This document shows, piece after piece, positions 1 through 7,066 of a DNA stretch of 8,557 nucleotides (position 1 is its first letter; every line of letters begins with the position of its first letter). The notes beneath the pieces were generated by a model. That model saw only the letters and a program-made list of their open reading frames with translations. It made no database searches and was not told the DNA's origin. This stretch comes from Octopus sinensis (Eukaryota): the NCBI RefSeq assembly GCF_006345805.1, contig NW_021828428.1, forward strand, positions 1 through 8,557, read 5' to 3'. A program made the position numbers and the translations under genes.

Positions 1-117
1 TCGGGGTCGATTAATAAGTACCAGTTACGCACTGGGGTCGATGTAATCTACTTAATCCGTTTGTCTATCCTTGTTTGTCCCCCCTGTGTGTAGCCCCTTG
101 TAGGTAGAAAGAAATAA
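1..117 (+). mobile_element. SINE family A (young subfamily), 3' half, cut by window edge
   Basis: TCGGGGTCGAT..AAGTACCAGTTACGCACTGGGGTCGATGTAATC..CCTTGTTTGTCCCC..TAGCCCCTTGT..AAAGAAATAA closely matches the reverse complement of the full copy at 6424-6653. Confidence 0.88.
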
Positions 118-173
118 GACATCGTTGTTGCATATATTTGTATATTTTTACATAGTAATATTTATTTACATGT

Positions 174-297
174 ATTCCGCCGAATGCATGTATTCATCCG
201 TTCAGGGTTGATAAAATACCAGTTAAACACTGGGGTCGATATGATCGATATCTTCCTCCTCAGAATCGATGGCATTGTACCAAAAAGGCAAGCCAAT
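174..297 (+). mobile_element. Diverged SINE family A fragment (older tail type)
   Basis: ATTCCGCCGA..TTCATCCGTTCAGGGTTGATAAAATACCAGTTAAACACTGGGGTCGATATGATCGA aligns by eye to the family A core; tail resembles the inverse of the TTTTGGCACAA tail of the 1448-1960 copies. Confidence 0.6.
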
Positions 298-823
298 ATT
301 TATTTATATAGTCACACCTATCTATCTGTATGTAATATATTTATTATTACTATTTTATATGCTCACATCGAATAGCAGATCTCATAAAATGAAGCCCAAT
401 CATTAGAAATAAACGCACAGGCAATGTAACACAGACGCACATAGAAGTCCACAACACCCAAGCAATGTAACACACACACATATGCGTTCACTCTCACTCT
501 CTAAATGACACGGAGCCAATTTTTATTCGCTTTCGATTTTCTCTATATTTTATGTAATATTGAGCTCAACTCACAGCACGTGCGTTTAATAGCTTCACGC
601 TTCATCTAAACATTAAACAAAAAAGACAACGGATATCGGAGACTAGCATCGAAATATTAGCAATTTGCCGTATCATAGACTTAATTCCCTGCATTTACAT
701 TAGCATTTCTAAAATGAAATGAAAATAATTTATTTTTTAATGTTTATTAATTAATATTTATAGCTTTTAATTTATTTCCGTAGGCACTTTTTTACCATGC
801 CTGCAGAGACGACACATCCCAGT

Positions 824-826
<3 letters not shown>

Positions 827-896
<70 letters not shown>

Positions 897-898
897 TA

Positions 899-940
<42 letters not shown>

Positions 941-978
941 ATATATATATAATATATATATATATATAATATGTATTA

Positions 979-1013
<35 letters not shown>

Positions 1014-1019
1014 ATATAT

Positions 1020-1092
<73 letters not shown>

Positions 1093-1136
1093 GTATATAT
1101 ATCTAATGTATATATATATATATATATATAATATAG

Positions 1137-1168
<32 letters not shown>

Positions 1169-1196
1169 ATATATATATATATATAATATATTATAT

Positions 1197-1231
<35 letters not shown>

Positions 1232-1246
1232 TATGTATATATATAT
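827..1246. repeat. Long imperfect (AT)n microsatellite, about 420 bp
   Basis: Direct reading. Confidence 0.98.
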
Positions 1247-1349
1247 GGCTGCTCGCCTAGCCAGTGGGGTGGCAATCATTCGAAAGCTACACCGGTGCGA
1301 GGGAAACGCATTGTGATCAAGCGGATTTAACATCTGATAGTCCGGTCAA
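1247..1349 (+). mobile_element. SINE family B 3' tail fragment
   Basis: GCTGCTCGCCTAGCCAGTGGGGTGGCAATCATTCGAA..AACGCATTGTGA..AACATCTGATAG..GGTC is similar to 2019-2110 and about 5890-5987. Confidence 0.7.
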
Positions 1350-1356
1350 TAAAATG

Positions 1357-1358
<2 letters not shown>

Positions 1359-1388
<30 letters not shown>
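1359..1388. repeat. (AC)15 microsatellite
   Basis: Direct reading. Confidence 0.97.
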
Positions 1389-1391
<3 letters not shown>

Positions 1392-1447
1392 CACTCAAAA
1401 TTTTAAAGGTGAGTCTTCGAAGTAAATGGAACAACAAATAATTATTA

Positions 1448-1646
1448 CAAATTTTGGCATGGAGCTAGTAATATTAAGAGGAGAGCTTAGTCGATACCAT
1501 CGATACAGTACTTGACTGGTACTTTATTTTATCGATTTCCGAAAGAACGAAAGGTAAAATTGGTCTCAGTGTGATTTTAAATCAGAGCGTAAAGAATTTG
1601 AAGAAAAGAATCCCATGACATTTTGACCGTGGCTCTTTCTATTCTA
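1448..1646 (-). mobile_element. Diverged near-full SINE family A (older tail)
   Basis: AGTCGATACCATCGATACAGTACTTGACTGGTACTTTATTTTATCGA..CGAAAGAACGAAAGG aligns with 6489-6555; decayed tRNA head to about 1646. Confidence 0.7.
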
Positions 1647-1680
1647 ACAAATCACTCTTTAGTACAGCTATAAATAATTT

Positions 1681-1794
1681 TTCTAATTTTGGCACAACGC
1701 CTGTAATTCCGAGGGAAAGAGGGAAAGTTAATCTTGGCGGCATTTAAACTAAGAGCGTAAAGAACTGGAAGAAATTTCAATATGCTTTTTGTTC
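1681..1794 (-). mobile_element. SINE family A copy with central core deleted
   Basis: Tail AATTTTGGCACAACGCC is joined directly to head-proximal TCTTGGCGGCATTTAAACTAAGAGCGTAAAGA (compare CCTCGGCGGAATTTGAACTCACAACGTAA at 6563-6591); the TCGAT/CCAGT core is missing. Confidence 0.55.
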
Positions 1795-1845
1795 GAACTG
1801 GAAGAACTGGAAGAACTGGAAGAAATTTCAATATGCTTTTTGTTC
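1762..1845. repeat. Nested tandem duplication: 33-bp unit twice with two extra 9-mers between
   Basis: GAACTGGAAGAAATTTCAATATGCTTTTTGTTC at 1762-1794 and 1813-1845 (identical); GAACTGGAA at 1795 and 1804. Confidence 0.95.
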
Positions 1846-1854
1846 TACTATAAT

Positions 1855-1960
1855 CACAAAACCTGAAATTTTGGTGGGAGGAACTGTTGATTATATTGAT
1901 CCAGTGTTCAACTGGTACTTAATTCATCAACCCCGAAAGGTTGAAAAGCAAAGTCTATCA
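1855..1960 (-). mobile_element. SINE family A, head-truncated (older tail)
   Basis: CCAGTGTTCAACTGGTACTTAATTCATCAACCCCGAAAGGTTGAAAAGCAAAGTC matches 6506-6560. Confidence 0.78.
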
Positions 1961-2018
1961 CGGGTGGTGGCGATCCCTGCTATACTCTTTCGCCACAACT
2001 TTCTCTCATCCTTTCTTC

Positions 2019-2130
2019 TGTTGGCCTGCTCGCTTAGGCGTCATTTGAAGGCTAAAACAATGCAAAGCGCTTTGTGACCAGCGATGTGTAACATCTGATA
2101 GCCTGGTCGGCCACGGTGATCACGGTGATA
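2019..2130 (+). mobile_element. SINE family B 3' tail ending in a 9-bp tandem repeat
   Basis: TGTTGGCCTGCTCGCTTAG..GCGTCATTTGAAGG..AAGCGCTTTGTGACCAGCGATGTGTAACATCTGATAGCCTGGTC; ends with (CACGGTGAT)2 at 2112-2129, as expected for a LINE-derived tail. Confidence 0.8.
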
Positions 2131-2225
2131 TAAAAGTAGTAGGCATTAAAAATTGGTAATAAAATCCATAATCCTTTCACAAATCTATTGAAAGAAATGA
2201 TACATGTTCTTTACCGTATAGGTAA

Positions 2226-2776
2226 ATGAAAAGTAAATCAATGGCGTCAAACCTGTTTGCACAAACGGCCAGGGATGGAATGAACAACCTTCCGAAGGAC
2301 ATCGTCTTGTATATCATTGAGAATCTCCTGAATCCGTGTGCAAAGTTTTTTCTTGTAACCCCACAGGTGAAAATCACATGGAGTGAGATCTGGACTACTT
2401 GGAGTTCTGGACTTCTGGACTCACAGTCACAGTCTTTAGGTTTTAGCTCCTGCACATAATGGGGTTTCCACGGACGAAAATTCAATTCTTTATGCAACAC
2501 TGTACAGGCTGTGTGTCTTGTTAGTCCACTTTCACAGGCTGTCTGATGTGTTGGTTTTTTGCATTGATCGGGATGTGGTTGGACGGCCACTTCTTGCATC
2601 GTTCACAAAGCCCATGGGCATCAAATTTGTATAACAACCTTTTATTGTCTCCGGACGTATTGATGCTTACCTACCTTTCCATGCACGCCACCATCTCTGA
2701 ACCAAAACAATGGATTTCCACACTTCATAGGCTGCTCTATCTTAGTTCACTCCTGAACACTCAAGCAACTAACTAT
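2226..2776 (-). pseudogene. Internally deleted Tc1/mariner-superfamily transposase remnant (DUF4817-like HTH N-terminus plus C-terminal end)
   Basis: Manual translation across frameshifts gives YEVWKSIVLVQRWWRAWKGR*ASIRPETIKGC..DARSGRPTTSRS / ESGLTRHTACTVLHKELNFRPWKPHYVQELKPKDCD / PSSPDLTPCDFHLWGY..LCTRIQEILNDIQDDVLRKVVHSIPGRL. SPDLTPCDFxLWGY (2396-2355) is the canonical motif containing the third catalytic Asp. Stops and frameshifts are present and most of the DDD domain is absent. Confidence 0.85.
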
Positions 2777-2869
2777 CTATAGAATAGAAAAATATGAAAT
2801 AAGACAGTAACAAAATAAGAAATCCCCATTAGAATTTGTTTAATAAATAATTTCGTGATGACTTCAGTG

Positions 2870-2968
2870 CTGCCGTTACGTTCTGTGTTCAAATTCCGCC
2901 GAGGTCGACTTTGCCTTTCATCCTTTCGGGGTCGATTAGTTAAGTACCAGTTACGCACTGGGGTCGAT
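2870..2968 (+). mobile_element. SINE family A (young) fragment truncated at both ends
   Basis: CTGCCGTTACGTTCTGTGTTCAAATTCCGCCGAGGTCGACTTTGCCTTTCATCCTTTCGGGGTCGAT..ACTGGGGTCGAT is nearly identical to the reverse complement of 6498-6590 and includes the B-box-like GTTCAAATTCC. Confidence 0.92.
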
Positions 2969-2990
2969 ATATATATATATATATATATAT
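2967..2990. repeat. (AT)12 microsatellite at the SINE breakpoint
   Basis: Direct reading. Confidence 0.95.
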
Positions 2991-3211
2991 GGAAAAAAAG
3001 TAAAGATAGAAAATGCTAAAATATTTTTATAAAAAACATTTCAGTACCGATTTGAGTCATTGAGACTTTTTCAACTGTAACAATTAAATAATTAAATTTA
3101 GAAAAATTAAAAGAAAAGTTTTTTTAAAAGAATATTTGTAGTGTTCAAATACAAGTGACATTTTCCTTGTTATATATCAACTTGTGTGTTCCTTTTCATC
3201 CTTATAAATAG

Positions 3212-3265
3212 GTATGTATGTATGTATGTATGTATGTAATGTATGTATGTATGTATGTCTGTATG

Positions 3266-3314
<49 letters not shown>

Positions 3315-3333
3315 ATATATATATAATATATAT

Positions 3334-3376
<43 letters not shown>
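3212..3376. repeat. Compound (GTAT)n-(AT)n microsatellite
   Basis: Direct reading. Confidence 0.97.
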
Positions 3377-3614
3377 TTCATTCCTGTATATGTCTCAGCC
3401 CAAAGGCTGTGGCTATGCTGCAGCACTGCCAGTGTAATCCACCTTTTCACTGGCCATTCTTATTTGATTGGCTTTTGGTGAAGGAGGGAGTTCCACAATG
3501 CTGTCTTCTTTCGAGTTTCTTGCTGTGATAACAAATAATCTATGATGACTTATTTATTTATTTATGTATTTAATTATTTATTTCTAAACACAATCATTGT
3601 TTAGAAATCTAAAA

Positions 3615-3865
3615 GCAATCATTGCTGAGTTTCAGAATTTCATTAAAATATCTCTGTTCGGATGTTTAAACAGAGATGGGCAGCAGCCCCAAAATTGTGC
3701 GTATCTCATTGATTAACAGGTAAGATGATGACAAATGGAAATCAAAATATACTGTTTTCTCTTGTTTTTATTGATAATAAAACAAATAACTAATGAGGAT
3801 TTTTAAAAATCTATTCCTGTTCTGATCTAAGCGCAATCATTACTGATTTTCAAAATTTCATTAAA
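3615..3865 (+). repeat. 33-bp imperfect direct repeat pair (3615-3647 and 3833-3865)
   Basis: GCAATCATTGCTGAGTTTCAGAATTTCATTAAA versus GCAATCATTACTGATTTTCAAAATTTCATTAAA, 30/33 identical. Confidence 0.85.
3674..3719 (+). other. Candidate 46-nt exon
   Basis: TAAACAG acceptor (weak pyrimidine tract) and strong donor CAG|GTAAGA at 3720; only one open frame, (E)MGSSPKIVRISLIN. No homology recognised. Confidence 0.25.
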
Positions 3866-3888
3866 GTATTTCATTAAAGCATACAGAT

Positions 3889-3988
3889 GCACATACACAC
3901 AGACAAACAGACAGACACACACACACACACATACACGCACATGCACACACATAAACACAACACACCTGACAGACAGACACACATACAC
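3889..3988. repeat. Compound (AC)n/(ACAG)n microsatellite
   Basis: Direct reading. Confidence 0.93.
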
Positions 3989-4156
3989 AATCGAAGGAAA
4001 TCTCGAACGCAGGAGAAAAGCTGTGAAAACAGCTTTAGAAAATCGAGTAAAATATCCAAACAGGCAGGAAAAAGTGATCACCAGTAGCTGCAGAGTTCGT
4101 TTCTCTGTAGCGGTTGCTTGCCACTATATTTCAACTCACTCGGCACTTCAGCTTCA

Positions 4157-4182
4157 GTGTGTGTATGTGTGTGTGTGTGTGT
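4157..4182. repeat. (GT)n microsatellite
   Basis: Direct reading. Confidence 0.95.
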
Positions 4183-4239
4183 AAGTAGGTATGTATCATA
4201 AAAGTAACAAAAAGAGTGCAGTGAAATTTCCGAGAAAAG

Positions 4240-4272
4240 TCCAACGTTTCGGACAAAATCCTTCCTCAGGGA
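4240..4272 (-). ncRNA. Minimal type I hammerhead ribozyme motif (Penelope-like-element type), possibly degenerate
   Basis: Minus strand reads UCC-CUGAGGA-A-GGA UUUUG UCC-GAAA-CGUU-GGA: both catalytic boxes, stem II, palindromic ACGU in place of stem III, and a 3-bp stem I. Confidence 0.6.
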
Positions 4273-4780
4273 AATGCTAACAGGAGAGAAATTAAAGAGA
4301 GTCAACAGGGTTTACATCTTCTAAGTAAGAGGAACTGGCAGCAACACACACGCACACAGGATACCGTTTTCTCCTCTCTTTATCAGCACCATGTTATATT
4401 GACATTTATGACATGTATCTGAAACGCGATTCAGAGTTGTCTAGGTGTATCCAAATCAATAAGATCTCTTGTTGAAAAGAAAATAAAGAAAACGAAAAAG
4501 AAATAACCTCATAACAAACAATCAAATAAACAAAGAAAAAAAAAGAGAATAAAAATAGAAACAAATCTTATGGTAAACAATAAAAGATAACAAGCAATTT
4601 ATACGCATGACAGTAACTCCACATAAAAATTATTGACTTTTGGATTTGAGCACTTTAAAATATCTATTTTATTGTATTTCTATATTTTTATGAGGTATTG
4701 ATATAAACATAAAAGGAAGCATAAAGTAGAAGTAGTTTAGTTATACCCCAATTTATGACTTTTCGTTTCCTTCATTTCAG

Positions 4781-4901
4781 GTTCACCTTAATATGATGAA
4801 AATAGAATTGGTTGGGAAAAAAACGAAATAAAACTAAGTCAGGTTTTGTGACTCAGTAATAACCGAGTTCGACAGGATGACTTGGATAATAAAACAGCAC
4901 G
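4781..4901 (+). other. Candidate exon after a strong 3' splice site (non-coding or terminal)
   Basis: TTTTCGTTTCCTTCATTTCAG|G at 4780 is a near-consensus acceptor; possible donor ACG|GTAACA at 4902. All three frames contain stops. Confidence 0.28.
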
Positions 4902-5019
4902 GTAACATCTTCTTCTGTTGGTTTTTTTCTCACGGTGGACACAATGATTTTTCGAAGATAATATTAATAACTGGCGGCGCGTGGGTAGGCGTTCACTGAG
5001 CCTCACGCGGAATTTGGAT

Positions 5020-5139
5020 GGAGGATGCCCGAGATCCTAGAAAACACACAGACAGACAGAACGGATTTTATATAAAAGAAACATATATATGAGTGCGTGC
5101 GCGCGTGTAAGATATTAGAGGTTGAAGAATACGTATAAT
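5020..5139 (+). repeat. 120-bp dispersed direct repeat, copy 1 (pairs with 7757-7874)
   Basis: Four substitutions and one 2-bp indel relative to copy 2. Confidence 0.95.
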
Positions 5140-5261
5140 GGTATAATTGGTATTTTCCACCTTCATTCACTTTTAAACTGCAAGCAACACTAAGAATATT
5201 AATTGTTTTTCGATTCTTAGCCGTATCCCCTTGTTTGGAGAAACCTAGCAGGCATCAGTTT

Positions 5262-5421
5262 CAGTCGATTAAATCGATACCAGCACACAACTGTTACTTT
5301 TATCGACCTAAGACGGATGAAAAATAGAGTTGACCTCAACAGGATTTGAACTCAGAATGTGAAATGCCGAAAATAAGTACCGCCGTCAATTTTTGTCCGA
5401 CACTCAAACGGTTCTGCCAAT
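5262..5421 (-). mobile_element. Diverged SINE family A
   Basis: AGTCGATTAAATCGATACCAG..TTTTATCGACCTAAGACGGATGAAAAATAGAGTTGACCTC..GGATTTGAACTCAGAATGT..GGTTCTGCCA aligns with 6489-6643. Confidence 0.75.
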
Positions 5422-5514
5422 GCAATTAATCGCACAGCGTTTTCGTCCTGTTTTTAATAATGTGTACTTACGACACCTAGTTACGCCTAAATTAATCCAG
5501 CTACCGCGAATTAA

Positions 5515-5558
5515 GTGTCTAGAACACATCCACAGCGTGTCTAGAACATATCCAGAGC
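5515..5558. repeat. 22-bp tandem duplication
   Basis: GTGTCTAGAACACATCCACAGC / GTGTCTAGAACATATCCAGAGC, 20/22 identical. Confidence 0.9.
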
Positions 5559-5723
5559 GAGTATCTTCAGTTGTCATAAACAAGACTCAGATTGCTTAAA
5601 AAAATAAAGCTGGAATACACTTAAATTACAATGTGTTTCAACAAAAAACATTCACTGGAATTTTCGGATGATTGCATGGAATGAACTTAATAATAATGGA
5701 AGTTTAATTATAATTTTGTAAAA

Positions 5724-5987
5724 GCACGTGGCTAAGTGGTTAGGGCGTTGCTCGCAAAATCGCGGTTTCGATTCCCAGACAGGAAGTGCATACTGTTCAT
5801 GAGTAAAATACATCATTTCACCTTACTCCAGTCCACTCAGCCATAAACGGGTAACTTTTAACGAATTGGCGTTTCCATTAAGGGAGAATGTTGACCTGCC
5901 CGCAGAGCCAGCAGGTTGGCATCATTTGAAAGGTGCGAGGAAGCGCACTGTGACTAGCGTTGTTTAACAACATCTGAGAGTTTGGCT
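5724..5987 (+). mobile_element. Near-full tRNA-derived SINE family B (CORE-like central domain)
   Basis: A box TGGCTAAGTGG (5729-5739), B box GGTTTCGATTCCC (5764-5776), central TGAGTAAAATAC..CCAGTCCACTCAGC, and a tail shared with 1247-1349 and 2019-2130. The CORE assignment is from memory. Confidence 0.78.
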
Positions 5988-6423
5988 GATACAGCGAATG
6001 ATAAAAAATATATTGCATACTTTATATGGATAAATAGAATTAAAATAATTCAATAATGTAAGTTCATAGTAAATGATCTGTCTTTAAAATGAGATGAGTA
6101 TTTTTGTAAAGAAATTCAACAAGCGTTGATTGAATCGCACTCAACACATTCCTGGTATTTGTTCTGCTTACCTTCGAACTTAGAGCATCTAGTGTTAACC
6201 CTAACATGCCAACTGTTTCAACACCATCAACATATGGACATTGGGTTTACTGGAGTTCTGATGTTGCAACCATTTAGACAAGACCCTCGTTGATTTCTCC
6301 AAGATTTTTGTGTTGAAAGTCTTTTGTTCTGACACCAACTGGTAGTCCATAGCGCGAACTCTAGTGTAGCACCCACCAAAACAAGATGCATAATTCGATA
6401 GCCGCATAATGGCGTTGTATAAT

Positions 6424-6653
6424 TATTTCTTTACTACCCACAAGGGGCTAAACACAGAGGGGACAAACAAGGACAGACATAGGTATTAAGTCGATTACAT
6501 CGACCCCAGTGCGTAACTGGTACTTAATTTATCGACCCCGAAAGGATGAAAGGCAAAGTCGACCTCGGCGGAATTTGAACTCACAACGTAACGCAGACGA
6601 AATACCGCTAAGCATTCCGCCCGGCGTGCTAACGTTTCTGCCAGCTCGCCGCC
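6424..6653 (-). mobile_element. Full-length young SINE family A (230 bp) with 17-bp target-site duplication
   Basis: Minus strand starts GGCGGCGAGCTGGCAGAAACGTTAG (A-box-like) and has GAGTTCAAATTCC (B box), a Meta-like core GCCTTTCATCCTTTCGGGGTCGATAAATTAAGTACCAG and a tail to AAAGAAATA. Flanked by TAATGGCGTTGTATAAT (6407-6423) and TAATGGCATTGCATAAT (6654-6670). Confidence 0.95.
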
Positions 6654-6969
6654 TAATGGCATTGCATAATATTGCAATGTTTCCTGCCAGTTGGTGTGCT
6701 GACATTGAAAATGATCAAGTGAAATACTAAAGCAATTCCTTATTGCGTGATAAAATATTTGATGAAGATGGACATAATCAACTGATTGAAATAATTCCAG
6801 TATATCCTTCAGACTTGTTATAATCAACAAAATATGAAGTTAATTGCAGCAGAATTAGAATACAGAAAGAATTGTGAGTACAGAATGAAATCCTCTAAGC
6901 AATAGGCTCTATCACTTTACTGTTCTTTCTGTTTTACTCTCTTCACATCTCTATTGTTTTCGAATACAA

Positions 6970-7066
6970 ACACAAGGGTTCAAATTCGGGGGAGGCGTTT
7001 AGTCGAACATGTCACCCCAGGACATTGAATGCTGTTTTATTCTATAGATATGAGAAGCTTGAAAAA
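6970..7066 (-). mobile_element. Highly diverged SINE family A fragment
   Basis: CACAAGGGTTCAAATTCGGGGAGGCGTTTAGTCGAACATGTCACCCCAG resembles the older tail plus core at 1855-1910. Confidence 0.45.

Noticed and set aside
421-474. 13-bp direct repeat GCAATGTAACACA as a TSD
   Set aside because: It encloses only 28 bp of CA-rich sequence; more likely slippage in a degenerate microsatellite.
1103-1333. 76-aa ORF rich in YI repeats
   Set aside because: Translation of the (AT)n microsatellite.
1762-1845. CRISPR-like repeat-spacer pattern
   Set aside because: Only two units, the intervening sequence is itself a sub-repeat, and the context is eukaryotic with no cas genes.
2226-2782. Plus-strand 77-aa and 78-aa ORFs
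   Set aside because: Antisense shadows of the transposase remnant.
3202-3481. Overlapping 82-aa and 87-aa ORFs
   Set aside because: Open only because of (GTAT)n/(AT)n repeats.
3410-3530. Minus-strand exon (acceptor TTATCACAG, RNSKEDSIVELPPSPK..) or LINE end (LWNSL in another frame)
   Set aside because: Short, no recognisable homology, ambiguous frame; insufficient support.
3827-4305. Four short ORFs with VC/HT runs
   Set aside because: Driven by (AC)/(GT) microsatellites; no recognisable domain.
5724-5790. tRNA gene (A and B boxes present)
   Set aside because: No complete cloverleaf; the sequence continues into a SINE body, so it is a SINE head. The same applies to about 6565-6653.
6166-6250. 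Minus-strand exon ending at consensus donor AAG|GTAAGC (6172/6171)
   Set aside because: The nearest plausible acceptor (CCAG at about 6250) is followed by stops in all frames; there is only donor evidence.
2773-6730. Two ORFs sharing MRNWYL..RPRKDERQSRPRRNLN (2773-2958 minus, 6509-6730 plus), suggesting a small paralogous gene family
   Set aside because: Both are antisense translations of the same SINE core; 1871-2077 is a diverged third case.
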